Positions 41,536 through 56,500 of a stretch of DNA of 64,000 bases are shown one piece after another (the stretch's first letter is position 1; every line of letters starts with the position of its first letter). The notes under the pieces were generated by a model. It did not search any database. It was not told the DNA's origin and was given only the letters and a program-made list of their open reading frames with translations. Origin of the DNA: Botryllus schlosseri (taxonomy: Eukaryota); NCBI GenBank assembly GCA_051294905.1, contig CM119371.1:41602001-41666000 (forward strand). Direction: 5' to 3'. The translations under genes were made by a program, and so were the position numbers.

Positions 41536-41597
41536 ATGAGTGCTCGGCATGTCGAGAATTTGACTCAGAAAAGACAACAGGAACGGAAAGGCAAAAG
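41536..41597 (+). CDS. Putative first coding exon (MSARHVENLTQKRQQERKGK)
   Basis: ATG with an upstream in-frame stop, and donor AG|GTAACT in phase 2. It overlaps a possible retroelement remnant, so it is uncertain. Confidence 0.35.
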
Positions 41598-44500
41598 GTA
41601 ACTTGTTACGACATACACGGGGTAACGACTAACGATATAGGTACTCAAGTAGAACTAGCGGCGGAAATTTCTTCCGGTGTAGAATTGGAAGTAGCGATTT
41701 GCAAGTAAGTATAAAGGTAAGTAATGTAATGCCTAGTTTTGGATAAAAACTGAAACCTATTAGTCAGTAGAAGCAGTCATTTTGCAAAAAGTAGAACAGC
41801 TTCTTGAGGCACAGTACTTTAATGTACAATTAAATAGTATATTCATATTGAAATGAACCCGAATGTTTTCGGCTGACACTCGTCAGGGGTAATCGTCAGC
41901 AACTAGTAGAGAATTGGAAAGAGCATTGTATATCAACAATCGTATCACTAAATGTGACGTCACCAACATGAAATGTCGAATGCGAGAGCGTTCAATGTAC
42001 TATTTTTAGATGGTACACGAACTTTTTTTGTTGACACAGCCTTGGCTGGTGTATTTTGATAAAAGTCGACGACTACCCTTGACGAGTGTCAGCCGAAAAT
42101 ATTCGGGTTTACTTGGGCGATTTTTTTGACATGTCAAAATATGTCAAAATTTTGTCAAAATGGAAGCGGTAGGTCAAAAACTGTCTCAATTGTTTTCAGA
42201 GTCAAAATTTTTTGACCCATTCATTCCAGAAATGAAGATAAGTAATACAATTTTACCGTTAGGTGCGAAAACACCTAATTTGCATACGTGAGGTCAAAAT
42301 TTGGACAAAATTAGTTTTTTTTATGTCAAAAAATGTCAAACTTTTGATTTTTAGGTCAAAATATACCGTTGTTTCAGGTCATAAAAATCGCTCTACTTAT
42401 CACATTTAGAACTGTAATGTTTGATTCTTCAATTAGTATACAGTTTTGTAAAATTGCAACCACTCAAACACAGAGATGCATCGACAAAAGATGAATCGGA
42501 AACGCAGAAAATCAAAAAAGTGCCCATTTACACAAAAGTCAACGTGATCGAAAAGACCGCAAAGTTCGACAGCGTCACCCAGGAAAAGAAAACGAAATCC
42601 AAAGCCGTAACTAGAGGTCAGAACCGCTCCAAACACAATAACGAGTATATTGATTTCTAAAATTCCGAATCCGAAACAAGATCATTCAAGAATCCGAAAA
42701 ATCCGAACCGAATAACTATTTCAGAAGGATCCTAATTGCACAGCTCCGATAAGATACAGTTAGATCACATAGCCTTTACAACGACTATGATTAGCGTTAG
42801 TCATATGGCAGGGTTCACTGTCAGTGTTTAGTTATACAGCCGATGACATTATTACTCTGCTTTGTAATCAAAACTCGTTTCTGTTCACAACTACCCGAAA
42901 TCAGAAGGATATTAGGAAAACGGTACTTTTAGATAACGGTAAAGATACATCGTTTTCCACATCCTTCAAATATGTGATAATTATCTATTTACTTAATCGA
43001 ATACTTGGTGTAGCTGATTTACACCTACTAATTGAAGTAATAACGTACGTTCTCACACCATTTCACTAGCTGGTATCTGACTCATTTCCACCCATGGAAA
43101 AGCGCATGAGGGCAATTCAGTACTCGAACGACCGTTTACCAGATTTAAACCCTGCGCTAAGGTAAAAATTGATTCAATCACCCGTGGTTCCCAATGTTTT
43201 TTTTAGTTAATTTCCACCAGAAGATGCAAATCAGGTTTTGGTACCATTCATGGATAACACCCTATCCAATGGGTGAAAATGATTAAATACACCATGATCA
43301 AATATATTCAAGGTGTATGTATTCGTTACCACTCAAAGCCAGTGGTTTTTCACGCAGACACACACTTGACGTTCATTTGATCATCTCCATCCATCGGAAG
43401 GGTGTCATAACGTAAATCAGTAATAAAAATTGAAAACATGATTTACACCCTCATAATGAGTGAGAATTGTCCAATACACCACTGTTACACATCTCGTCCA
43501 GGTGTATTTATCCGTTCTTACCCATTGGAAGGGTGTAAATCAGTTCAACTGTACTTTAGACTTTAGAGAGCTGAATGTGTTGCTTACACCCTTCGAACGG
43601 TTGAAAATAAGGAAATATAACTAAAGTAAATATATCCTTGGTATGCGAGGGGTTTATTTTTCGTGTGGCATGAGCTGGTTCACTAAAATGCACCCCCAAT
43701 CCCCCAAGACATATCTTCTTAAGGTATATTTCAATATTTTCACTCATTAGGGAGTAGTGAGAACATAATTTAGTACTTGAAGGAGCCATTCACCCGGTTC
43801 ACACCCTACGTAATGGGTAAAAATCGGCAAAATACTCCTATTTCCCATAACAGTGTGTCTATTCCATTTTATTTTGCGACAATGCTGTGAACTTTAAAAG
43901 TCTTACCCGCTATCACCGTCACAACTTTCAACACGAGTTCAAGTAGAAATAGCTAGTTCTAAGTAAGAAAGTAAGCATTCTAGGCTTAATTTTTGCATAA
44001 ATATAAACTCTAAAAACAAACAAACCATAGTACGTGGTGGAGTATTTGTAAAAGTAGATGTAGTTCGTTACTGAAAGCAGGAATACTGAGTCGATACCCC
44101 AAATCGCACTGTGTTTACGCATTCTTGGAAACGGATTCTCGTTCGAATCTGACTTTCAAGCAATTGTAAAATCATATCAGACAAAATTAGCCCAAATATA
44201 TTCTGAATCATGAAAAATTCAAATATTAACACAGTAAGTTAGTACAAAATATCTCATTTTTGTATTATATTTTTGAATATGATTTTTTTCTCCGACCTGA
44301 CTGTATATACGCATCCCTGCGGATCTATTCAATCCCCGAAAACGTGGTTTTCGATGCAGTTTTCAAATCTCCCCTATTAACTTCGTCGATTTACCCGTTT
44401 TCAGACTCAAATTCGTTCAAACGACAATCCGGAAAAGTCAGCGAACGACTTTCTAAATTCGAATCGTCTGAGCGCGGGAAAAAAGCCTCAGCGAGGCCAA

Positions 44501-47500
44501 AAGGGTGAGTGAAAGCAGTCGGGGATCCCACTCGAGTTAAAATAGTAGCAGTGACTCAAAATTCTAATCAATTATGGCACCATTATTGTTTATGTTTGAA
44601 TAATACTTGTACTTGACAGGCTGTCTGTAAGTGAAAAAGTATGTCTTCGTACAGTGGTTCTCAAACTTTTTCGGACACGACCGTTTCCACTTCGATATAA
44701 ACCCTTGTTTCTTAGATTCACAAAGCATATCATGCATGCAGATATCTTTTATTTTGTGGTATCCATGGTGTTTATCGACTACTGTGGACATTTACACCAG
44801 CGATATTTACACCAGCGATATTTGCACCAGGCCGATATTCTTCATTTTTATTCCGACTTCGCGCCCCCCTTCCCCAGTTTGAGAACCACTGTCTTAGTAT
44901 AGGCTTTTGAAATGAAATGCAATTTACTATTGTAAATTTTACTTCAGATCCAATACATCAGATCTAGTCCGCAAGAAATCACTGCGTAGTGAGAAAATAT
45001 CGGACAGGATCGCAAAACTCGAAACGAAGAATGCCCAAGAAAAGTAAGTCTCTCGCTTAACTATAGTCAAATTAAAACGAAATAACGCTGTTCTACAAAG
45101 AACTTTAAGTAGAAGGAAAAGTAACCACTGCTACTACTGCGAATTGTATTATAGTACACAAAACAAATTGTCTACTTTACAAATTGTAGAGTTTAAGAAG
45201 TAATACTACGACTTGACCCACCTGCGGACGTAGAAGGAAACTTGTGCGGCCGTGACACGTAATTTAATTAGCATGCGTTAGCGGCCCTCGACGCGAAAAC
45301 TGAATTTATGAATTGACTCCCGAATTTTATAGAGATTTTAATTGGTCTTGAAATTTTCATCGCGCTGCGGCGATACAATGCTTAACTTGAATTTTTCGAT
45401 TTTAATACAGTAGCGTACTGCGCAATATGAGCCCCACAAAACAGATGCGCTGTCGAAAAATTTGGATTTTAATAAAATAGTATTCATGGTGGGCACAACT
45501 ATAATAAATAAATAAAGAATTGGTCACCGTAAATACTATTTTATTCAAATCCAAAATTTTTCGACGGCAATAACTCCGCTTCCACTGGTTGGATTTGAGC
45601 CAAATCTGGTGACCATCGTTTCTATACACAATCTAACAATTTCATTTTTATTTAATAAATATAAAACTTTCTTCTCCTGTAGCAATGCGGCTACTGGTTG
45701 GAATTGAACCAAATTTGGTGCAGGCATCAATTAGGTAACCTAGCCAGTAGAATTTGAGAAAAAAATCATTTTTGAACACCCCTCACTGACAATCCTGATG
45801 GAATGTCGAGAGATAACAGCATGCAACAAAGTAACTAATAACAATTGGCCCGCCTGAAGATGCATCATCATTTATAGCTTACCCTAAATTTCCGAAGACA
45901 CTCTCTCAATGAAATCCACCATATCGTACCCCAGTAATTATTCAAAACATGGCCACTCGTGATTTTCGTGCGTGTAGAAAGCTGGTGTGAAAAATTAGAT
46001 TAGTCCAGATTTTACCGGAAATGGACATGGACAGTTTAGCATGGGTTTTGTCGCACAGTTGCTTCACAGTCAGCGACCATGCGCTGGAATGTGGTTCTAG
46101 GCTGCATAAGAAATCGAAAAGCCAAGTCGGTTGTAGAAGTAGTAGTTTGGCCGAAAAATTGTAGAAACAGAAGTCTGAAATGACCACAAATTGGATAAGT
46201 GGACAAACCTACTTGAGTACTCTCAAAAAGTACTTCGTCGCTGACCACTTATGCTTTCTGTGAGAAACGAGCACCGAGTAATTAATGAAAGTCGTAGAAC
46301 TGTCTATCTGATAAAATCAAAAGCGAGCAATCTTTGTTTTTCAGAAAGAGCGATTCCGCGTCGTCCTCGAAAAGTGAGTTCTGATTTTGAAACGAATTCG
46401 AACTCGAGCCGAATCAGTTTTTCTTTCAGATTCTTCCGCTACTTCGAGTAGATCTTCCATATCGGACACTGTGACTTCGACCGGCAAGACATTGACCAGG
46501 TCCATACTTGCTTCTACGCTTAATGGAGTTTTTGAAACTAGTGTCGTATATTTAATAGCTCGCGTAGCACAATTTTGAGTTGCATTTTCGGAATCAGTCC
46601 GTCGCTTGTTCTCGATCAAGACCAGTGGCGGTCGCTCCGCAGGCCAATGATGCGATTGCCAGAAATCGTATGTTCGCTCGTTGCACACAAACACACGCCG
46701 TGATAGCTGATCAGTAGACAAACTTGAAAAACCGATGCAGAGTGACACCTAAGTATATCCACAGGGCTGGCTTCTTATCTTCAGAGCTCAGCAAGCTTTG
46801 GAAAGTCACAAATCTCGTATGAGAAGCAGCAAATCGGACAAAAAATCCCCAAAATCCACGGATTCGTCGAAAAAACACAAACATAAAGGAATGAAAACGG
46901 CCGAGGAAGGTGATTATTGTTCGTAATTCGGTAAAAACTGCATTATTTGGCAAAACCACGTCATTGCTGCCTCTACTCGGAGAGGCAGGCTTGTACTTTA
47001 GAATACTTTCACTTCTACTTAAATTTTCAACATATATCTTGTCACTTCTTACGCCTGCGAATTTGTACCGCGGGGAAATATGATTTTAAACTACTCGTAC
47101 TTCGTCTTAAGTTTCCTGTTTTTTGATGAAAAGGAACACTTGCGCTTGCAATTCATTTGCTAGTTGAGTAGCCATTGCGAGCGCTTCAGTACCATTATTT
47201 TCCCCAACGCAGCACAAAGCAACTCAAAAGACAAGGGCCGCGAGATGAACGTGATCATCAAAGAACTTGCTCAGATCGAACCAGGTTTGTGGCACACCCG
47301 CTTTTATACGTGTTTTTTTTTTGTGTTTAGTTACTGCTGACTTGCACACGGCTGTCGAGTCAAGACCAGGCAACGTTTTGTTTCACATGTCGGTTGGCGG
47401 CATGATCCACACAATTCTGGAATTCTCTCGTTTCAGATTCGAGAGAAGAAGAGAGAAAGGCGACTTCCAGCAGCCACGTGACTCGTGACGTCACCACTGA

Positions 47501-50500
47501 CCGTCCGCCAACCGTCGTCGACGTGGTCGTCATAGAAACCGCCGACCGCTCTCCTGCTCCCCCTGACGGATCGGAGAACGGGCTCGGTCGATCCGGAGAC
47601 AACGAAAACCGGAGCGAGAAGCCGGATTCAGATTACACTCCGGAAGAAGCGATCCACGTGAGTAGTTGCACGTATTTGAGAGAAGATTACTCGTTCTGGT
47701 TGAGAAAGTCTGAAAATCAAAATTGACTCACACCAAAGTAAAAGTAGCGATATGCGTTTCTACTCAAGTACGAGTGATCGCTTTTGGACAATAAGCCCAG
47801 TTCACCCATAGAACAAGGTCAGTGACTTCACCGAGCAGGTATCAACTACTTGGCAGTGTGGATCTTGCAGTTGATGTTCTACAGAAGTTAACGCTACACA
47901 CATGCGTTGTTTTCGTGAGTATCGAAGCGTGCGTTTGTTTTTCAGATTTTGCAAAGACTTTGCGATCAAGTCCGGACCGGCGATGAAAACGTTAAAGTCG
48001 AACAAACAGGTTCCGATATTTTACTTCTTTCATTTATTAGCGCAATACGAAATACTTTTTAGATTTTCCAAATGTTCGTGAGCAACGAATTACTGTTAGC
48101 TCTGAGCCTACTTCGGTTAGATTTTTCCTATTTGCGATACTTACTCAAGCTGTTACGAATTTAGAATATTTTCACTTGTGCTGGAAAGCTTTAGACAAAA
48201 CTAGGACTGGAAGGCTTACATATATTTACTTATGGTGCATTCGAATAGATGCACCCACAGGAAGGATGCCACAGCGCTATTTAGCACTTGAAATCCCGGT
48301 TACATGATTTACACCACGCCGCAGGGTGAGAATTGATCAATACACCCATGGCACACAACAATTTCCACACGTTAGACGGTGTAAATCAGGTCGGCTGTAC
48401 TTTCATGTATTACATAGTGTTTTTCACGCCCAAACAAAGGATGAAGCTTAGGAATCTCAACTTATGGAGAGATATCCTCAGAATAGCGAATTAAGCTATG
48501 GCTGAGAAGTATTCAACCTTTATGGTAGTAAGGTAGGAACAACGTTGCGATTACTCACTTAGCGCACGGTCGCACTCTAGCGGGCAGTATTTATGGACCA
48601 GCGGAAGGCAAAATTGATCTCAAACTTTTCCGTCTTGTGCAACATTAGACATTGATAAAACTCTCGCGGTACATTTAGGTAGAGAAAACATGCTTTCAAA
48701 AAGATCGATATTTTTAATTATATGACCGGAACATATACAATAGAAATGTGGTTGAATTGTTCATAGACACAACCGCATTTTGTATTTCATTCCTTGCATT
48801 GTTTCTCGTTCATTGCTTTTAATTACATGTGCACTGTGCACATAGCCACGGACATACCAATTTTAATACGATAACAATCGTTTTCGCAACGATCATGAAA
48901 TGGGATTTGCTTGCTGACAACTAAAACTCATCCAATTTCTTTTGAAGAAATGCCATTATACTTCAAATTCACATTTTTGTAATCAGTTAGCTGTTATTTT
49001 GCTGATAGATGGCATGATTCATAAGGATGCTATAAATGGTTTTATTGCCAATTTTAGTTATTTATTAGCGGTTTAAAAATTTTAAGTCACATATGCTACT
49101 CCAGGCCTTTTTCAAAATATTTTTGCAGCTATTTTCCAAATACCTTCCAAATACTCACACAACAGACTTGCGAGGTAGTTTCTTAAATTTGTGAACTTGC
49201 AAGGCCAACCAAAAATTTGATTAGTCTGGTCGCAACACTTGAGATGTGATGCCTAAAATATCAGTTTCGACGCATTGGCAGATCCATGAGCCAGTCACAT
49301 TTTCGTAGATCTTCGTACACTACAATAAAGCAGAATGATTTGCGATTGACTTGACAAAAGTAAAAATTTTCTACACGCTTCGTGCAACATGTTGTCACTT
49401 GATTTCTTGCTTCTAATATTGTTACACCTATGTGAAAATGAAAGAACTCCTATTGTATCAGATTGAGTCTAACTATATTCGCGATTACGAGATAAAGTGT
49501 CGTTCAGCAAATGCGACCTTGCGTTTGCGCTCGCAGAAAGACCGTCGACTATGAAACCTAGGCACAAAATCATTGACGCATGTTGGTCGATATCGATATG
49601 TTCAGGCGCCGAATAGTCCAGTCCTTGCAAACTGAGCCCAGTGATATACAGCAGGCCCGCAATCTAGTCAAGCGAAAATATTATTGAACTATGAACTTCG
49701 AAAAATTTTCGCGCCTGGCGCGGCTAGTGGTCCGCGCTATAGTTCGTTAATCGAATGTGGCCCTTTATCTGAAAAGATTGGCCACCGCTGGCCTACATCT
49801 TATGCATATAATTCTGTAAAAAGGAATAAAACGCGTCATGAGTGCCAAAATACATGGAGTAAGGACAAGAAACGTTGTCGTCATTCGCCACGGGACATCA
49901 ATCTTCCGAAAATCGGTAAATCCAATCCTAACCCATTCATTTTAAAATCTCAACTCCTAATCCAATCCAAATCCAGGTTGGACACCCCTGCTCTAGCTTG
50001 ATTCAGTCTAGATTCGCAATTTGGCCAATTTCCATTCTCGCAACAACCACGCAAATGCCAGACATCTTGCTGCTGCTATGACGCATTTCTACGCATAACG
50101 ACGAACGGCCTCTCTCGCAAACACTGCGGTTTTCAGGACATGACATCATATCCTGAATAAGCCCTGCCTTGCTACAGGGCTGGGATCGTTTCAAGCAATA
50201 CCATGCACGCGTTGAGATTTAATATGCTGTTTTTCCATAACAGCAGCGTATCTAATCAAGATTGAGAATTGGTTTCATTCTATGATATGGAATGATCATA
50301 TTTGACCAAGCCATATGCTGTCTCCGATCACCAAAATTTGCTTTTCAGGATATATTTGAGATGTATTGATCTGTCTTACAGTGCAGGTAGATGATTGTCA
50401 AGACGCAGTCAGCCAAATATCGTGTCGGTAATTTCCAAGTTGCTCGATAGCTATTAAGATGCGCCGGGCAGAAAGATGCAAATCTAGCGTTGTATCGCGA

Positions 50501-53500
50501 TGGCAGTCACTCTATGTCTATAAGATGTGAATGCGATTGTTGATATACAACGTTCTTTCCAATTCACTACTAGTTGCTGACGATTATGCCTGACGAGTGT
50601 CAACCCAAAATATTCGTTGGTATCGAATCGCAGTTGATTATCACAAGCAAGAGAATATCAAATATCTGTACAGAAATCTTGGCTCGTTTCGCATTTCGCA
50701 AAGCAGAAATTAGAATATGGCTGAAAAAGAGCATATGAGAAACATTTCACGAATTAGATTACAATTAGATTACCGGCATTTTGATTTAATTGGTCTGATC
50801 ATGCATTTGTCCAAGTCTGCTTGATAAATTATACCGTCTATGTCAGTGGTTCCCAATCTTTTTGGATGTCAAACTTATCACGAGAATTTAAAGGTAGCTA
50901 GCCCACATATAGGCTACTCCATATCGATTCTGTATCGGTTATTTAAGCATTGATAGACGCAGATCGGCGAGTGCTATCTATTGAATTAAACAGTAAATGC
51001 ATATCATTACTACAGGATACTATTGTGTCGTTGTGTGATAGCTCAACATACATTTCAGCACTTAATGCACAAGTTTGCAGGGGATTATACGCTGAGTAAT
51101 ATTGGAGTTATTGCAATTCATACTTGACTGAAAACCGTCCTTTTGGTGTTAGTCAAATTGCGTCGAAATTTCCTTCACAAAGACGATATATAAAGGTCAA
51201 TGACCAACAGAACTCAAAACGTATCATTGTCCGACGGCTGTTCTTCGATGCGTTTGACGCTTGAATTCTCTTCTTCAGAAGCGGCCTTGGACGACTTTAG
51301 ACATAACTAATATTGCTCATTTAGCATTCATATACAAAAATTGAATAGAAATGTTCATAGAAACAAACTAGAACTGTCGTCTATTATATTTTGTGGGATA
51401 TTTAGAGGTCAATCAAATCCGCAAAATGCTACCTTGGATCTGCGGTTGGGAATCACTGGTCTATACACTCAGGTCTCAGGCACTTGGTATTTTTGCTCGA
51501 TATTATGATGCAATAGTGTTGTACGCAGTATTCAAGTTCATTAACACCATTCACATATTAACGATTGTTATTATTGCCTTGAATCTACAGAAAATTTCTC
51601 TCGTGAAATTTTTAAGGTAATAAATCGTACTGCAAATGAACGTAGCATTGATAGCATTATGGTATCGAGTCGATGAAGACTAATGCGTGTATAATTGTAC
51701 AATTAGTTCAACCGCCAATGTTCATTTTTACGACGTTTCAATATGGCCAATTCAATTCTATACTATATATACGCTAGTATATAGTTTGCTACAAGCAGCA
51801 AACTCTAAATAGGTAATTATCTCAGCAGCATCACTGGCGCGTGATGCTGCTAATCCCATAGGGAGTAGGAACTGTATTGACTCCTGTAGCTTGTACTAAA
51901 TGGCGGGTTTACGACATTAATGAGCGATTATTACAGTGATACACTCTGATTTGAAATGAGATGCTCAGGGCCAACGATTAAACAGTATCTAATGTAGCTG
52001 TTGTTCAATTTACCCCTTCGTATAAGGCAGTCTTAAATGCCATTCGCAAGCATTGTGCTTTTATAGACTGGTTAGGAAGCGGTCGCTGTTAGGCAGGCAG
52101 ATAGCTCAGAACGAAGATTTTATAGGGTGTATAGAAGTGCTATCAAGTCACAGCCTTTAAGTGATAAGTTCTTTCGACTCGATTTCTTGTCGATTTTAGG
52201 TAAATTGCAATGTCGATTTCAAGTATTCAAGTTGATTTGCAGTTTTCATGTCCAATTTTCTGGTCCATATCCAAGTTTTCAGTCGAATTTTCAAGTTTGT
52301 TGCCATTTCCAGTTTTTGATCGATTTCTGGTTGAATTACAGGTTTTCAAGTAGATTTCTAGTCGATTCATAGAAGATCGATTTTGATAAATCTCAAGTCA
52401 AAAAATTTCCAAATCAAGTTTCACACATTTTCAAACAAACTCGATAAAAATATAGGTCTACTTATAATTTCGAACCAACTCGTTTGCATAGTATTGCTTA
52501 GCATTGCATAGGATATACATACCTCACCAAACTCAGTAAACTTATCGACAAGCTATTTCTAAACTATTGATGCGGCATGAGTCACGGGCTAGTTATGTAA
52601 GTAGCTGTAAGCATCAAGGTCGCATGCTACAGCATATAGACACTCTGTGCTAAAACAATGGCAGTCAATTCAAATCAATGGACTCTTAGCGACTGTAATA
52701 TGAGGCTGTATTGCTTCATAATTTAGCATACCTTATTTCCTTCCAATATCGCTTATAAAAGATCTATCTAGACATTTTGCGATACACATTTGCTGAACTA
52801 CGCTAATTTCGCGCATTGAGCAAATTTTCTGCAAAATATGCAATTAACTAAGTCAATAGCTATGCTCACCTTGATTAAAGTATATCGAAATATGACAAGT
52901 GTCTGTGGACAGAGATATGCGTGGTTATCTATTAATCACCCTGGAAATAAATAGATGAAGGGTTAGTTTTCATGGAGTTGTGATTTCCAGGTTTATTTTG
53001 AGGCTCATAATATGTTTTCAGGTGGAACATTAGATGACTTGATACTTTGTGTGTGATTCATGACTGATTTTAGGACATTGACTCGAAAAGCGTGACTCAA
53101 ACTATCTAAACACTGTAAAAGCTCGTCGTGGGTTGTAACTTGAGGTGAACTGTTTATATTTGTAACGAATTCTATACACGTGGGACCTTCACCAGCTGTT
53201 TATTGCTTGGCCTTGTCATCAGGTGAAGCGCTTTCCGTTTGTGAGTCATCAATCTGAGCTGATCCGTTGTTCCTTCGTACTTTGAACTATTCAAAGCAGT
53301 TTGAGTTTCAAGTTATGATTAGGAAAAAGCAGAAATAATTCTACTTTTGAAAGGCTTCAGGCAGATTTTGCCTATACTCGCATTATTTACTCCAGTTAAC
53401 TCACGTCAAGCTGACAGTTTTGATAATACTTAGAATTTACTTGCAGATCGTTAGTGACACTTTGCGTACATAACAATGACTTACATGAACTTGAGTAGGA

Positions 53501-56500
53501 ATTATCGGCGATACTTCTATTTATACTTAAACACTTTTCAAATATATTTTCACCAAGTTATGAATTTAGGCTACTTGTCCTTGTACTTGTATAGAAATTT
53601 AACCTTCAACTTGTTCAGGTTGTAGCTATCTGCACAGAGGCATTTTAAAAGCAAACAATGATAAAATATATATTTTTCATGTTTCAGAAAATATTTCCAA
53701 AGTAGAGCCGAGATTGAGGCCTGATTCACTTCCCATTGTCGACGTCACAAACCAAACGAATCAACAATCTTTCTCCGAAGCTCTGAGGATTTTCGGCGGT
53801 GACAGCTCCGGATCTCCGGTTAAATCGATATCCGGATCCCCCATTACCTCCACACCAGGATCTCCGGATAAATTTCCGGTGTTCACCACCAAGTCCTACC
53901 CCATTCCCGTGTCTCCACTTAAATCTCCGGATAAATCCGTATTCTCATCTCCACTTAACTCTCCGGTTAAATCCGTATCCTCATTTCCAGTTAAATCTCC
54001 GGTTAAATCCGTATCCTCATCTCCAGTTAAATCTCCGGTTAACTCCACATCTGGATCTCCGTATAAATCTCCGACTCTTTTGACCGAGTCACCCTCGATA
54101 TTCGGATATCCGGCAACGTCCCAAGATTCCATATCTCCGGTTTTTACCAAGTCTCAATCCGTAACCGCGTCTCCGGTTACATCTCCGGATCCCGTCATAC
54201 TGATTCCATCGCCTGACACCCGGATATCGATCGTAAGCTCCGGATCCGGAACTGACCACGAAATGCTGTCGTCTAGAAGCCGGCCGAGGTTCGTTTTGCA
54301 ATTTCATGTTTAAATTGATTTTTAAGATATTTACTACTTTTTAATTGATTTCCAGGCTCCAAAAGTGTTGGTTGGACGAATCCGACTCTGACTCTGTGTC
54401 GCTGTTGTCGGACGCAGCCAGCGACGCTTCTGAAGTCGATTTGGAATGGCTCGGATACGATCCGGAAGACGTGAGAGCATATGCTGATATTTCACGGCTA
54501 CTAAGTTACTTATGCCCAAAGATTATTTTTTGCTACAAGATTCGTCGTAGGCTTTCATGTTTTGTTCTTACGTAGCAGGATCGCAGTCACGTGTCCGTGG
54601 GGAGGACCGCGTCTTCTGCTCAGGAGATGATGAGAATGTGGGAGGAGAAGGCGAGGGCGCGCGACGATGACGTCAGCGGGAAACAAACCACCAACGGGCA
54701 CTCCCCTGACGTTGTGACGTCACCTAGACGCGTGGTGACGAGCGCCGAAGAATCTCAGGTTTGCGAAATCCGAGTTCGAGTCATTTTTGAGTCACGCTCA
54801 AACCCGGTCTGTTGCAGCCACGCACGGTAGGTGGCGCCAAAGCTCTCTTCGAAAACCTCTCCAAGTCCCCGAGGAAGAGTCCGCTCAGGTGAGTGCGTGT
54901 GACGTCACACACGGTGTTGGTTTGGATGTTGGCGCTCTTTTCAGAAGCCCACGAAAAAGAATCGAACTCGGATCCGAGTCTTCGAACGAATTTCAAGGTT
55001 CGGATTTTGTTTCCATTTGTTTCTCAGCGCGTAGCGTAGCGTAGTTCTCACATCATTGCGAATATGACCAATTTTGCCAATTGACCGTCTTTGTCATTTT
55101 TAGTTATCAGGAGGCTGATGTTAAGCAACAAGATCAGTGACAATAATCGCGCAAAAGTTTACCACACGCTCCGATAATTCACCTTGCTAGTTGCTTGGGC
55201 CATTTTTTATTTTCATATTTTTAGAATTATCTCTCGCGCAACATTTGGCCCGCGGCGCACCGGTTGGACGCTCCCTATCATGACATGCTTTTTGAAAAGA
55301 AAATGACCTCTCCAAACGTGAATGACCCGCAGAATTGATATTTTCAGGGCGACATCTCAAAACTATAACTATAGTAACTATAGCAATGTCATTAGAGCGT
55401 CCCTCCCTCCCTCTAAAAATGCTAATTTCCAGGAGAAAACTAACTATTGCCTTATCAGTCATCACAATCTAATCTAGGGCTTTATTGACCTCCCAAAACA
55501 CGAGGCAACCTATGTCACCCGCAATCAGGCTACTTTTCAATAACTCAAAAACTAGAGGTAGGCCTACTTCAGCGAAAGTAATGTCATTTTCAGACTCAGT
55601 GCCCATAATATACCCGTGAAAATGTCATGATTCTCGCAATAAAAATGATGTTTTCATTCAACCTAATTGCTTTGGAAAGAACTATGCTACTTTTCACTCG
55701 ATACTAAAAAGGTACTAAATTACGAATAGTACTTGTCTTGTGTCGCACTTGGAGAAGCATTTTAAACAGTCCTCAGTACTTTGTACTCAGCTCAATTCTG
55801 CAGCGGAATATGCAGGATATAGCTGGTTGTGTCTTTTTAATCGATTAGACATAGTTATAGTAGCTGTTCATTAAACAAAAGATGTCGGCTTATCGGCTGA
55901 CGAGTGTCGAAAACCATTTCCACAGAGATAGGTATAATGGTTGAGCATGTGACAAAATGGAATAATAAAGTTGAGCATGGGACACTTTAGCATGCGTCAT
56001 TTCAGCATGTGGCTTTGTAACCCCAAAACTAACTCTAACCGGAGGCAAAATCCTGAAATTATCGCTATATATATATCCTATCCGATTCCGGCTCATATTG
56101 AGAAGGGCGCTACTATATTAAAATCGAATAATGAAGTAATGTTGAATTGGACCAGTGGTTCCCAACCTGTGGTACGCGTACCACTAGTGGTACGCGAAGG
56201 TCTTCCAGGTGGTACGCGAGTAGATTCTGTTTCTTTTTTTCTGCCGAAGGGAGTTATTAGTTCAGGTGGGATTGATTTTGAATTTTTTGAAGTTTATTGA
56301 CTAGTGGTGAAAAAACGATCCCATCGGCCGTGGCTGATAATGCCTAGTTTAATGGAATTTGTTATTACTAGGGCGATTTTTTTGACATGTCGAAATGAGT
56401 CAAAATTTTGTCGAAATTGAAGCGCTAGGTACAAAAATTGCCAAAATTGTTTACAAAATCAAAATTTTATCGACCCCTCCATTTCGTTTGTAGAGTTTGC

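Noticed and set aside
43060-43830. Degenerate ACACC...GGTG repeat region (similar at ~48250-48430)
   Set aside because: Repetitive, but I could not define a unit, termini or family.
53896-54150. Acidic minus-strand ORF
   Set aside because: It is the antisense shadow of the SP-repeat exon 11.
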